Shown here: positions 25,955 to 39,583 of the stretch, in pieces | Layout: each line of letters starts with the position of its first letter | How positions within the stretch are numbered: the stretch's first letter is position 1 | Assembly: GCF_001194135.2 (NCBI RefSeq) | Contig: NC_068983.1 | Span: 93,588,702-93,652,701 of the forward strand | DNA from: Octopus bimaculoides | Taxonomy: Eukaryota | DNA length: 64,000 nt | Direction of reading: 5' to 3' | Notes under the pieces: model-generated | Database searches by the model: none | Told to the model about the DNA's origin: nothing | Seen by the model: only the letters and a program-made list of their open reading frames with translations | Position numbers and translations under genes: made by a program

Positions 25955-26650
25955 CATCATCATCATCATCGTTTAGCGTCCGTTTTCCATGCTAGCATGG
26001 GTTGAACAGTTCAACTGGGGTCTGGGAAGCCAGGAGGCTGCACCAGGCTCCGGTCTGATCTGGCAGTGTTTCTACAGCTGGATGCCTTTCCTAACGCCAA
26101 CTATTCTGTGAGAGTAGTGGGTGCTTTTTATGTGCCACCAGCATGGAAGCCAGTCAAGGCAGCGCTGGCATTGGCCATGTTCGGATGGTGCTTTTTACGT
26201 GCCACCGGCACGAGTATCACAACTCCAATTTCCATTTGATTCTCATTTTGATGTTGATGTACTTGACTTAATAGGTCTCCTCAAGCACAGCAGGCCACCC
26301 TATGATCCAAGGTACTTTTGGATGGGCTGGGGCTGGTTATGCAAAACTGGTGTAGGATACAGCTGTGAACCCACTTTATTTGCTGGGTCTTTGCAGTCAC
26401 AGCATATCTCCAGAGGTCTGGGTCTTTCGTCATTGCCTCTGTGAGGCCCAACATTTGAAGGTCATGCTTCACCACCTCATCCCATGTCTTCCTGGGTCTA
26501 CCTCTACCCCAGATTCCTTCAACTGTTTGGGAGTGGCACTTCTTCACACAGCTCTCCTCATCCATCTGTAGTGCATGACCATACCAGCACAAATGTCTCT
26601 CTTGCACGACACATCCGATGCTTCTTATGTCTAACATTTCTCTCAGGGTG
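25955..26650 (-). mobile_element. 3' ~700 bp of an RTE LINE (ORF2 end, 3' UTR, (GAT)n tail)
   Basis: LREMLDIRSIGCVVQERHLCWYGHALQMDEESCVKKCHSQTVEGIWGRGRPRKTWDEVVKHDL, then the UTR ending ...gcatggaaaacggacgctaaacgatgatgatg on the minus strand. Confidence 0.9.
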
Positions 26651-26674
26651 CTTTCACTCTGTTGCGTGTGCACA

Positions 26675-26711
<37 letters not shown>

Positions 26712-27498
26712 TGGGTTTATTTCAGTTTCTATTAACCAAATCTATTCACAAGGCTTTGGTCGACTTGGGTTTATAGCAGAAGACACTTGGCCATGTTGCC
26801 ATACAGTGGAATTAAACCCAGAATCATGTGATTAGGAAGCAAACTTCTTAACCACATTGCCATGCCTTCACCATGTCTGTATTAGAAATTATAACTCTTG
26901 GTGAGCCTAGTTTCAAATTTGATGTCACATCTTAAATGTTCCTCAGAGTTCTTCAAATCTCCTGTGTGTTCTGTCATCAATTAAGTTTGTTACTCATCTA
27001 GCAAACCTACATTATCTCCATATTAACTTGCATGCATATTTAGCACTCTTCCCTCCCATCTAGCTGTGAGACTGTAACTGGTGTTTAGTAAAGCTAGTAT
27101 ATTTAATAAGAACTGATGTATACACAACACTATACATCACACCTGTCTAGTGTATAGAATTCCAGACAGGTGTGACATAAAACTTTATGATCAGTCAATA
27201 ACCATAACATTAAGTTGTTCAATGATGATGATCAACATCATCATCTTCATCATTATCATTAACATTAGCATCATCATTATTACTAGACTACAGCCATATT
27301 GGGGCACCGCCTTGAAAAACTTTTAGTTGAATGAATCAACCCTAGTACTTATTTTTTTAAGCCTGGTACTTATTCTATCAGTCTCTTTTCTTGAACTGCT
27401 AAGTTATGAGGATGTGTTTATGTCCTCGTAACTTAGAAGTGCAACAGGTGGGGGGTGCAGGACAACACAGACACAAAGACATACATATCAGAGCATAT

Positions 27499-27542
<44 letters not shown>

Positions 27543-28205
27543 TCATCATCATCATCATCATCGTTTAACGTCCGCTTTCCATGCTAGCATGGGTTGGACG
27601 ATTTGACTGAGGACTGGTGAAACCGGATGGCAACACCAGGCTCCAATCTAATTTGGCAGAGTTTCTACAGCTGGATGCCCTTCCTAACGCCAACCACTCA
27701 GAGAGTGTAGTGGGTGCTTTTACGTGTCACCGGAAGAAGATTTGAAACTGCAGAGGTCTTTTAAAGATGTTTATTGACTTGACCAGTTTCACTTTTTTAG
27801 AAAAAAGATTTTCAAAAGTAAAGTGTAAGACTTTGTGTAGCCTTTGTGGTGTTAAAAATTAGTTGACATATATGTATTAAAATACAATGATAGAGTCTTT
27901 GACAATGATAAGAAAATGTTAAGAGAGGCTTTGTGTTTAAAAAGTTTACATAAAAGTGTTCAAAATAGGAAAGTTCATAATTGTTTATAAGTTTATCAGA
28001 AATCATAATTGTTTATAAGGATATATGCAGAAAGAATTTGTAGACAGTATTTGATAGGAGAAAGCATGTTGGCTTTGTCAAAAGTTCATCAAAAATCATA
28101 AGTTTTTATAAGAATTTTAGGAGAATGACCAGCCTTTTTTTTCATCTCCAGTCTTGTATGTGTGTTTTCATATATATGTGTGTTTATATATATATATATG
28201 TGTGT

Positions 28206-28241
<36 letters not shown>

Positions 28242-28382
28242 TTTAAATTTGTTTACGGGAAACGTTTTGAAAATGCAAATTAAGCTCCTATTCCATTATG
28301 CTGGCCACAGTCTAATGATGCTGACTAGTGAACCAGTTTTTGGGGGTTGTATCAAGCTGTACTGATATAATATAGGATAAAT

Positions 28383-28682
28383 ATAGTAATAATAACAGTA
28401 ATCCTTGGATGGAATTTATAAACATTTAATGCATTGCTACATGCATTTCCACAAATCACATTTCTTAAGATCACAGTCTGTATTCCTGGGATGATTACAG
28501 TGTAGTCCATAGTATTCATGAAGATGGTCATTTTCTGAAGAAATGAAATCATTAAGGTGATCAACCCAATGCCCATGGATACTACAGACTACACTGTAAT
28601 ACAGACACGTGATTTGTGGAAACGTGTGTAGTGATGCATTAAATATTTATGAATTCCATCCAAGGATTATTATTATTATTAC

Positions 28683-28685
<3 letters not shown>
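28383..28685. mobile_element. Foldback MITE-like element with long imperfect inverted arms
   Basis: Left arm 28383-28520 and right arm 28575-28685 are reverse complements (atagtaataata...atccttggatggaattt...tttccacaaatcac...acagtgtagtc) with two indels. Confidence 0.8.
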
Positions 28686-28739
<54 letters not shown>

Positions 28740-28999
28740 GATAGGCTTCTTTCAATTTCCATCTACTAAATCAACTCACAGGGCTTTGGTTTGCCCAAGG
28801 CTATAGTAGAAGAAACTTGGCCCAAGATGCATTGCTACATGCATTTCCACAAATCAGATGGCTCTTAAGATCACTGTCCCTATTCCTGGGATGATTACAG
28901 TGTAGTCCATAATATTTATGAGACCATACAGTTGTGAAGCAAACTTCTTATTCACACAGCCATGCCTGTAAAGTAAATAAGGTATAAAATTACCTGATC

Positions 29000-29160
29000 A
29001 TGGAACATGAGTTCAAATCTGGTGATGGTGTTTTGTTATGTTTTTGAGTAGGGCACTTTATTGCACATTAACTCAGTTCACCCCAGCTGTGGTAGGAAAT
29101 AGATACCATTTAATTTGGTAAGCTTATCTGTGATAGGACTAGTGTCTTAACCAGGTAGAG
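29000..29160 (+). mobile_element. Degraded tRNA-headed SINE, family C; two more heads on the minus strand at 44560-44760
   Basis: B-box-like gagttcaaatc followed by tttgagtagggcactttattgcac...agttcaccccagctg. The 44560-44760 copies read gcacatggcctaatggttaggg... and gcacgtagcttagtggttagtg... on the minus strand. Confidence 0.55.
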
Positions 29161-31589
29161 TTTTATGTAATCTACTTTACATTATAAAGTCAGGCCTTAA
29201 CGCCAGCGTTAGAAGTCATTAATGTATACATGCAAGGGATCAAAAGTGATATATATTCTAGCTGTGCTTGCTTGTTTCTAAGAAAAATAATTGGCTTTGG
29301 CTTCAATACACAACTTCCCATAATTAAACTATTTTTGAGATAAAATGAAAGAAAGGTTGCAGTGGGGTGGTAAGTTGGGTGGTGTTGGTGGCAGATGGTT
29401 ATAGTGATAGTGGTGGTAGTGATGGTAAGTTGTGGTAGTGGTGATGGTGGTAGTAGTTGGTGGTGGTGGTGGTTGGTCATGGTATTGGTGGAAATTGGCA
29501 GTAGTGGTGGTGGTTGTAATGTGGCTTGTGGTGACGGTGGTGGTGTTAAAAAGAAGTAATTTGTTGCTGTCTGTATTGAACGACTGACTTGCATTTGTAA
29601 CATTTCTTGAGAGAACTTCTAAATTAGTTGCTTAACCTCCAGCTAAATATTTCTTTCAAATAAACACCTGAATGGAAAGAAATTAGAAACAAAGTTCCAA
29701 AATGGGATTTTTACATGAATGATTTGAGAAGTGTGAAAATGCTCAAAAAGAAGAAGCATGAACCATGAAGCTATTTCTATATCACAGATCAAAAATAGAT
29801 TATCTTTTAGTTTTGTTTTATTAAGTATCCAACCTTTTAAGATAATGAAATTTTGAATTGAAATAGATATCTACAACTTGTATTTACTGATTTATCTTAT
29901 ATTATAAGATATTACAAAGTTCTGAAGCCGGAGGTTGACTATTAAGAATTCTCCAGAAACAGATATTCTTCTTATTTTCTTTACATATGGAATTCTTTGA
30001 TAAGGATGAGAAAAGGTAGATGAGGCTAAACAATGGAAAAGTGCTGATATAAACTGTCAGAAGCTATGTGCATGAGAGGCAAATGACCTGTTTTAACGTT
30101 AGAGATGTGACCTGTTAACTATAGTTGAACAAGGATCATAAAAGTTTCCAGTTGTCAATTACCTTAGAAAGTTGTTTTGGAATAGAAAGGACTGGTTGAG
30201 AATTGCTATCAGTAATAAAAGTCAGTTAAGGAATTTCTGCTTTTCATATGATTAGATATATGATTGAGAACAAGGTGGTGGTGATGGTGGCAATGGGGGA
30301 AGAATTCAGTTAATATATCTTGAGATGAAGATGAGTTAAAGGAAATTTTAACTTTTGGTTTGGTTTATTGTGAATTCACTATATCTACTAAGTTTTACAT
30401 GTCTTCTGGTACACATGAATACAGATATTTGTTTTTATGATAGATTGTGTGAAAGTCATAGATCAACTCCTGTGATGTGACACCTTTCAAATGAAATGAA
30501 TAAAACTCCCATTGACTCAGTTTCAATTTCGTTTTCTTTTCAGAGTTTATTCCTTTGCTCCATAGATTTTGATGTAAAGCATACTAAATGGTTGTATATG
30601 TTGATAGATTAGGTTAGTGTTCCAGCTAAGTAAATCATGAAGTTAGTTACATTTTAGTCAGAGTTCATTCAAAGAATTTTTCATTTACTGAACTCTAATG
30701 CTATGAGGTCAGTTTTCTGCTTGTATCGGTCATCTCATTGCAAATTTACATCTCCAATTTGCCCTTCTGTCGCCTTAATCTTACATGACTGTCAGGCCAT
30801 GATTTGTTTCTGCAGTATAAGCCATGTCTCAACTGTCGCTGCTTCTATTATGAACATCTGCAGCACACACAATACAGATTGCATATTGCTACATGTTAGC
30901 TTGAATATTAGCTTATTGAATTTGTAAGGATTTACTACAATAAGATTTGGCTGGAAAGGTAAAATAGCTGAATACATTATATAAACCATGATTTATTCAT
31001 CATCATCATCCCCATCATAAGTTTTATGATTCTTTTTGTATGTGATAACAAATTTGTGTCTTATATTCTTTGATTTTCCATCTTTCAAGTTTCTTGTTAG
31101 ATCCATCTCTCTCTCAAATCACATTGTAATACTGTTATCTTAATGGTCTAGGTATTATCTTCATCACCACCACTCTCAGCACCACCAATACTATTATTAT
31201 GGTTGTCATCATCATCATTTTAGCATTTTGATTTCCACATTGATATAGGTTGGACACTTAAATCTGCACTAAATATGTCACTTTCCAGTCATCTCTACCT
31301 TAAGTACCATTAAGTACCACTAGCTCACAGCATTTTCTTTACCCTTTTACACATTACATATAAACATATTGGTTCAAGCTCACTCTTCAATGTTTGAAAT
31401 TTTTTGAATGCATATTGCAAGAATGAGATCAATGGTTATAGAAGCTCTCAGGAATTTTCTGGTCTTGAACTTCCTTCTGATATCTTTATTAGTTCATTCA
31501 ATGATTAGATCAGTATTCATAGCTTTTCAAGATCCTATTAAGCTGGATCAGATTTGTGTGGTTAGTTTGTTAGCACAATATTAATTCTT

Positions 31590-31830
31590 TCAGATCAACC
31601 CCGACACCTGGGATATGCAAGCACAGGACCGCCCTGCATGGCATAGCTGCACCAACAGAGGTGCTACCTCCTATGAACAGGATCACAGGAGTACAAAGAA
31701 AATGTGAGCTTTGCGAGTCCAGAGCCAACTCCTTGCGTTTATTCCCAGCAGACCACCAGTGCCTGACCTGTGGCAGAACTCTTGAGTATGCATCAACATG
31801 ATTGGCCACAACTGGACTTACCATGATTTT
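31590..31830 (+). mobile_element. RTE (BovB-like) LINE C-terminal fragment with decayed zinc finger
   Basis: INPDTWDMQAQDRPAWHSCTNRGATSYEQ (cf. TWExLAxDRxxW) followed, after a frameshift, by HQCLTCGR...IGH. Confidence 0.7.
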
Positions 31831-32539
31831 CTTCTCCCATATGATGTCTTGGTCATCATTGACAATGACAGATGAACATTATCACTAGTGAAAATACTTC
31901 ATTTTGAACCATTGAAGTGAGTGGTTGAAAAGAAAATCATGGGTAGCAAGCATGTTACAGAGATTTGCAGTTCTGAATATTGCTTAGTATAAACTCTAGG
32001 ATGAATGACAGTGTAAAAGTGATTGTAAGAGAGTAGAGTGCATGAAAAGTATTTAAGTAGGACCAATATATAGTAAGTTCAGAAGATCAGAAACTGTTGT
32101 TGTTGTTGTAGTGAACCAGAAATTTGGGTGTCAGCGTGGGAAAAGTTATGCCATTGGCCATTTTTTTTAGTAGTCTGATGATGAACATGTGCATGGTGGG
32201 TGCACCATCTCAGATGTATAGATAGTATGCGTGCAGGCATAGTTGTGTGGATGAGAAGCTTGCTTCCCAGTCAAATGATTTGGGGTACTGTCCTACTGCA
32301 TGCTACCATGGGTACGTACTTTCTGCTATAGCCCTAGGCAAACCAAAGCCTTAATAGGCACCAGTAATTCTGGTACTTTTTCTCTTGTACTGGAGTTGAT
32401 TTGTTCAATTAAACCCTTCAAGGCAGTGCATCAACATAGCCACAGTCCAATGACTGAAACAAGTAAAATATAAAAGATAGAGCAAAGAGGAAGAGTAAAG
32501 AAAGAACTTTTGTGTACAACCACCAGTAATTATCATTGA

Positions 32540-32900
32540 AATCACTGCTTGTTGTAGCACTCCAACCATTTCATGAGGGCCCCATGGAAGTCCTCCAAAG
32601 CGAAGGTATCCAAGACCCTTGTCACAACCTCCTCCATCTTCTCCTTCAGCTTCTGGGTTATAGGGAGGATGAGGGATTGTTTTGATGGCCATCTCTATCA
32701 AGTAGTTGATTACCAGGATGGAATTGTGGACTGGTGCTGGTTGTCTAGCCTTTTACAATGAAATCTCTTCCTAACCTCCTTCCAAACTTTCACCAAGTAC
32801 TCTTTGCCAAAAGAAACCTAGTGGATGGAAATGTTGCCCTTGTTTTCAAAAAAGGGGATCATCATGAGCTTCCTGGTAGACTTGCTTTGCTTGGCCTCCT
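32540..32900 (-). mobile_element. Degraded mariner transposase C-terminal fragment
   Basis: IKTIPHPPYNP (decayed HPPYSPDLAP) and, in another frame, KLKEKMEEVVTRVLDTFALEDFHGALMKWLECYNK; upstream EYLVKVWKEVRKRF...KR. Confidence 0.7.
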
Positions 32901-34559
32901 GTGCTAGCAAAAAAAGAAAAAAAAATAGATGTTCACCTTATACAAGTTAATCCGTAAGCAACCTGGAGCATTTTATATGTTTCTGTAGCATTTTTGCCTT
33001 GTTTAACACAAAACTTTATTGCATAGTGAACTTCCAAATTATTTTTATGTTCCAACTGCATTCTGTAAACTGGCCAGCTGTGTCAAGCGGTGTTTAGTAG
33101 GTTATGTTCAAAGTGGTTATCGCCGTCTCCTTCAATCTGGAATAACAAGAATTGTCAGGTCAGCTTATGAGATGTGTAGTAATGATAGATTAAAATTACA
33201 ATAAGTTAGGACAGTTATAACTGCCTATCCTAAAAAAATCTCAGAGCTTCTGGAATGCACCACGTATGTAGTCCTAGGCATACATGATGGTCATGACTTG
33301 AATACTTTTGATCAGTATCTGTTTCAGTGGAGCTGACATAAGACCACAGCAACAACAACAAGAACATACTGTTATTCTGTTGTTGCTGACTGGATAAATC
33401 TATTTTCTGTATTAATACAAGACTTATTTTAAGTTTTCTTAGCGTTATTAAGCACTCTTAAGCATTATGTTGTCCTTCCTACTATCTTTCTTTGCTCTTG
33501 TACCAATAACAAATCATAAATAAAGCACTTCACCAAGTTAAGAAGTATAATGAAGATGGTGTTTATTATGTAATAACAAAATCATAGCATTCTCATAATA
33601 ATTCATTTGATTGCATTATTTGAAATATCGTGAAATATTTTAATATTTCCTTTCAGTCTAAGAACATGTGTGATTTTATTGATTTTGAACTGCTGTTATA
33701 ATCTCATACAGTTATAGTACACAACTTGAGTTGTGTAAATGAATGGTCATTAGTTCTGCCTGTCTGTTTCTATCCCTTTCTCTCTTAGAAATGTCTCTTT
33801 CTTCATGTTTGTCTCTCTGTCTGCTTTTCTTTCTTTCTTTTTTCTTTTCCTTCCTTCCTTCCTTTCTTTCCTTCCTTCTATATTTTTTATTTCTATCTTT
33901 CTTTCTGAATTTTGTTCTTTATTTCCTTCATTCTTTCTTTCATTCTTTCTTTCTGTCTTCCTTCCTTCCTTCTGTTCTTCTTTCCTTCCTTCCTTCTTTA
34001 AAAGTCTCTCTCATGGAAAAAATCTTCCTTTCTCAAATGGAAGCTTGAAGAAAGATTTCATGGAAATCTCTCTTTCTCTCTTTCCCTCTCCCTCTCTCTA
34101 ATAGATGTACAGCTCACTCTCCCTAAAGAAAGTATTTCTCTCCCTTTCTTATAGATATACAGCTCACCCTGCCTAAAGAAAGTATCTCTCCCTCTTTCTC
34201 TCCTCTCCTCTCTTTCTCCCTCTAACAGAAGTACAGCTCATCCTTCCTACAAGAAGTATCTCTCTCTCTCTTTTCTCCTTCCCTGCCACCCTTTCTCTCA
34301 TTCCCTGCCACCCTTTCTCTCATGTTTTTAACATCACTGAATCTGCATCAAAGAAGCTTGGTCAATAAAAATTTCAGCTTTGGGCTTTCTATTTGTCTGC
34401 CCCAATATATTGTAATATCTATCCAATAGATCTACAGCTGTCTATCATGATTGATATTTTCAGATAACACAACAAGCACTTATTTCATGATTTCTATAAC
34501 TTTATCTTGAATTAATCTCATCAGTTCACTGATGTTTACTACATTTTGAGGCAAGCATA

Positions 34560-34825
34560 TTCTGCTGGATGTTTGATACTGGTACACATGTGTGACTGCA
34601 CAAACAAGCTGAGAGAAAAACCAGGTTTAAGAGGAATCAGATGTTCTGCATAAGAGGGGAAAACTGAGCTGTGGTATGGACATGTGATGCATGTGGAGTT
34701 TGGAAAGATTGGATTATGATCCACTGAGTTATCCATCCAAGAGGGAGGGAACTATGGAAAAGGAAAACCTAAGGAAGACATGGGAAATTGTAAATGCTGA
34801 TCTCAGGAAGTTGAACTGCACGAAG
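34560..34825 (+). mobile_element. Degraded RTE LINE C-terminal fragment
   Basis: LREK...LRGIRC...WYGHVMH...PRKTWE...DLRKL across frameshifts. Confidence 0.65.
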
Positions 34826-35944
34826 AAGATTACAGTATGACTACAATAAGCGATAAGACACTGTGCTGGAATGAAAAAGGGATGATTGTGGTGGAGGGGG
34901 ATGAGGAGAAGTGAGGAGAATAAGAGGAAAGAGAAGGGGAGGGGAAGGTGGGGTATATTGATAATGGTGGTGGTGGTTGACAATTACGACAATGATGGTG
35001 ATGATGATGACAGCAACAGAACTTTCTTCTCTCTTCACATAACTCATTCAAGCATCTAGTACTACTTCAGGATCAAATTCAAGCACTCTCCTTTCTTCCT
35101 TCTTTCTATCTTTCAGATTCAAGTACCACCTCCCCCCGATTTGTTATCCTTCATGTCCAAGAAAGTCTTTGCAAACAGTCATAATATACTTTCCACCACC
35201 CCAGTCATGCTGATTCAGAACTAACAAAACCGTTGCTGCATTAATAGCTGCATTGCTATTGATTTCTAACATTGGCATACAACCACAAATTTTGAGAGAT
35301 TAAATCAATTGTAATGTATTACTGGTATTTTAATTTATATTACCGAGATGCAGGCATGGCTGTGTGGTTAAAAATGTTTGCTTCCAAACAACTTGGTTCC
35401 TTGTTGGTCCTCTTGTGTGGTACTTTGGGGCAAGTGTTTTCTATTCTAGCCTTGAACTGACCAAAGATTTCTGAGTGGATTCAGCAGAGAAAAACTGAAT
35501 GAAAAGAAACCTCACTGCCATGGGAAAGTCTTTGGGAGTAATTCCTGGAGAAAAATCAAGAGTTGGAGCCCCTGAAGTAGTTCAATATTGTCTACAACCT
35601 CATTCTGGCAACTCCTGTGATGATACTAGTACCAAATTGTAATAGCCATGCTATTCCTTTGGGTCTGTCTTTGATATGGAGAGTGGGGTCACTCTACATG
35701 GGCGATAACTTGTTCCTCTATACCATACTGCTCAAAATTGGACCCTATCGAATACCTTATACTAGAGAGATAGGAAAGAAGGCTACTACTCAAGCAGCAC
35801 TGGAACAGCCCACAAGTGCATCTTGTTTAGCAGAGATTGCCATTCAATCAGCAGACTGTTCAACTATAGACAGTTATGTTCCAGAAAGGCAGACAACTAC
35901 AACCATCATCTATGGTCATTAATGACAGAGGCCACAGATGCGTA

Positions 35945-36190
35945 TATGTATGTATATATGGTGGTTGTCTACTCCTTATGCAGAGTTTGACCACCTCCTG
36001 TACCTACACCTTAGAAACATCATGGCATCTGATATGGCTTTTTAAACCAGACAATGTTTTGAAAAGACACCCACATAGATTGCAATAGCTGTTTTGGACT
36101 GCCAAGAGCTTCAGATAAGTTCTGATCTTTGTGGATCTTAAAATGTCTTTTGAGGCCTCCATTAGATTTGCAAACCTTGAAAGGTGTGCA
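35945..36190 (-). mobile_element. LINE 3' end encoding two C2H2-like fingers (RTE-type C-terminus)
   Basis: [15 protein letters not shown] and, after a frameshift, [21 protein letters not shown] (C-x2-C-x12-H-x3-H), a stop, a short UTR and a microsatellite tail. Confidence 0.6.
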
Positions 36191-36289
36191 TAGATATACA
36201 TATACATACACACACACACATATATATGTGTGTGTGTGTGTGTGTGTATGTGTATACATATATATGTATATATATATATGTATGTATGC

Positions 36290-36369
<80 letters not shown>

Positions 36370-36410
36370 TTTGTTTTATATATATATATACATTTTGTTT
36401 TATATATCAC
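36190..36410. repeat. Compound (CA)/(TG)/(TA)n microsatellite; similar tracts at 11761, 15781, 25316, 28686, 38051, 52030, 54925, 61775
   Basis: Directly visible simple repeats. Confidence 0.95.
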
Positions 36411-38049
36411 TCTGTGAAAACAAACCATATCAACTCAATAGTGAAAAGTTGACTGGTGATGGACTTTGACTTCAGATTACCTGGAGTTCCATACCAATCA
36501 CAAGACCTTTCTTTATCCTGGTGTACTTGTATCTGCAGAGAGCTTAAGAACTATTTTGCCTGGATTATTAATCCCTTATTAATAACTCTTTGTTCTGATG
36601 TGTGTGTCTCATATTTTTGATATTGCATGATAGTAGTGAAACAAGCATCATCATCATACAAGCTGTGTTAGCTATGTGTAAATCTTCTGTGAAAATATGT
36701 TTGACTACAGAGAAACATTACTTTGCTTGGAAAGAAATGAGAGTTTAGTGACAAGATTGGCATTTGGCTGTAGAAAATCTTCCTCAGTGAATTCCATCCA
36801 ACCCATTCAAGCAAGGAAAAGCAGACATTAAAAAACAATTTTGGTGATGATGAAGAAGATAATGAGGATGATTCCGGATTAAAAATAAAAGCGATGAGTA
36901 CAGCAAGATTTGATATTTTAACTCAGACATAATATCACATTATAATGGAGATAATAGTATGCTACTATTACTTATTTTATCCAATCCAGAAGGACAAAAG
37001 ACAAAAGTGACCTCAGGATTTGGATTCAGAACTTGGTCAGATGCATAACTGCATATAATCGTGGAATGTAGTTCATCTGTAATGTTGGCATTAATATTAA
37101 ATTATAGTCAGCTGTGATATCAAATGTAATTTTGTATTATATTCCATCATATTATGATATTGATAAATAATTCATGGTTATCTTATTAAATATTTCTCAT
37201 TAATTATTGCTTGTGTAGAGTTTGTACATTATACAATTAAGAATAAGCCACTGTTCTTAGAGTTTTATTTCATTTACTGCAATTCTGAACTGTAATATCT
37301 AAATGACCGGATGTTAGAATATTGATATTTGTATGTTAGCACAACTATACATAAAACAATTAATTTTATTATTATTATTATTATTATTACAACAAATTTC
37401 AATAGTGACTACATTAACAGATGAATGTCTTGAGTTAGATCTAGTGACAACAAATTTTCCGGAACTCTCAGATTTTGTAAACTATTATCGCAAAATAATT
37501 ATGTGCAAATTTTAATATCCCTTCCCTATGCCTCTCTCTTGGTATTGTTTCCAGCATTATTAACAGGATTGCTATGCCCCTGATTTACATGTTCCTGACT
37601 TTTTTTACTACTTAGACCAAATTTTTCTTTAGTAGTTAATCAGTGGAAGAAGGGCAGAGCTTTTGGCTGTTGTAGGCTCTCTCAGACTGGTATGGTTGAT
37701 ATAGCTGATGTTAAATTCAAATTTCTGCTGGTATGTATCTGCTGGAATATTATGGGCAAGACAGGAATTTCAGTGCAGTGTATTTCTAGAGAGGAAGTAT
37801 TGAACCTTGTATAGAATCTGGAGGATGAACCACAGAAGTTATGATAAAAAGACAAAATCAAGCATTGTGAGCATTCTTAGGTGGAAGTAGTATATAGTCA
37901 GTTTAAAAAATCAGAAGTCATTGTAATACTAGAAAAGATAAAAAGAAGAAGAATATCTGTAAGCTTGTAACTGGTATTGACAGTGGATAAATCTTGTCAA
38001 CCAACTGAATGTCCTTTCAGATGTGGTTTAAGATGTTTGTTCATGTATG

Positions 38050-38091
<42 letters not shown>

Positions 38092-39583
38092 ATGTACACG
38101 CGCACAGAAAAGATCAGTAGTTGATCAGATCTAAAGTCTGATCATATCTAGGAAGCAATTGATATCTAGGAATCTAGGATGCAGTTTAGGCAATGTTATA
38201 TAAGGTTGCCATAAGAAATCATCAGAATTGTAAAGGCTGTAATTTTTAATTGGATATTTAGGGTTTTAATTACAGGTTATTTATATATAAGAGAGTGTGG
38301 CACAACACTCTGAAGCATTCCAACAGTTGATCACTATATTTTCAATTGATCAATTGATTGATTTATTAAATTGAACTATGAACACACCCAAAATGCAAAT
38401 CTGAATATATTTCTTTGATGTGTTCTTATTATGTCTGCATGTTGTTGAAGGAAACTAAACTGTCTTCTGTGTCCAATGGGAAAAAGTTTCAAGGGATCAG
38501 TTCAGGTTTTACATGAGATGTTGCATGTGAATGATGCGAATATGTGGAAGATTAAGCAATAGTGAAGCATAGATGTGAGTGTGTTACAGAAGCCAACAAA
38601 TACAAGCATAATTATGGAAAGCATTAAGTTGCAGCTGGCTGAATTGTTAGCACTCCAGACAGCATTTCGTTTTGTCTTTACGTTCTGAGTTCAAATTCCA
38701 CCAAAGCTGACTTTGCCTTTCATCCTTTTGGGGTCATTGAAAGAAGTACCACTTGAGTTCCAGGGTCAATGAAATAAGTGTCAGTTGAGTGCTGAAGTCG
38801 CTGTAATCGACTTACTTCCTCCAGTAAAATTTCTGGCCTTGTGTCTATAGTAGAAACGATAATTATCAAAGACCTAATTGAACTTTGGAATGCACCAGAG
38901 TTGATAGAATGTGGTTCAGAGAGAATTCCACCAAGACATCCTGCAATGGAGAAGTCTGGCAGCAGAGGAGTGTTGAATGAAGCCCTTAAGTGAGAACCTT
39001 CATTTTGATGTTTTTCTTGCCAGATCCAGCTAAAGACTTTACTGAGTGTCAAGTTCAAACACATTGCTTGCAAAAGTTCTCAGGATGTCTCTAGTTATTT
39101 AGCTCTATGAAAAACTTAGTAGAGATCTCTGACGACCAGGAAAAACACAAAGTAATGAAAGAGATGGTTGTTTCTGACACTTTTTATTACCTTTGAGATC
39201 TTGGAAGTGGAGACAACAGGTCCATTCAGTTGTTTGTTGTAAGAGAGGTTGCCTTTCTTAGGAACAGGACAACACTTTAGCATATTTCAAGAAGTCCAAC
39301 TTTATTGCTATAAAGTCTGTAGTATCATCATCATCGTCATCATTATCATCATTATTATCATCATCATGATCGTCGTTGTCGTCGTCATCATCATTATTAT
39401 CATCATCACCACTATTGTCTCATCAAAGTTAACTTCCTTTTTCATCCTTTCAGCATCATTAAAGTTCCAATCAAGTACTAAAGTTGATATAATTGACTGT
39501 TCCATCTCCCAATTTGGTGATCTTATATCTATTAAGAAATTATTGATATTATTATTTTTATTATTATTATTATTATTATTAAA

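Noticed and set aside
25239-25995. Long ORFs in the track here and at 8756, 45841, 49756 and 57211
   Set aside because: Artefacts of N-runs and (TA)n/(CA)n repeats translated without stops.
29059-29080. tattgcacattaactcagttca shares its first 12 nt with vertebrate miR-32-5p, which I recall being hosted in a TMEM245 intron
   Set aside because: It lies inside a degraded family-C SINE at a position where the SINE has similar sequence anyway, and neither flank gives a convincing star arm. A small-RNA read stack would be needed to revive it.
35500-35800. Possible RTE 5' UTR fragment after a SINE head
   Set aside because: Resemblance is from memory only and there is no peptide motif; left unclassified.
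35945-36190. C2H2 fingers as part of the cephalopod zinc-finger gene expansion
   Set aside because: No TGEKP linker, a frameshift between the fingers, no splice acceptor, and a LINE-type UTR and tail follow.
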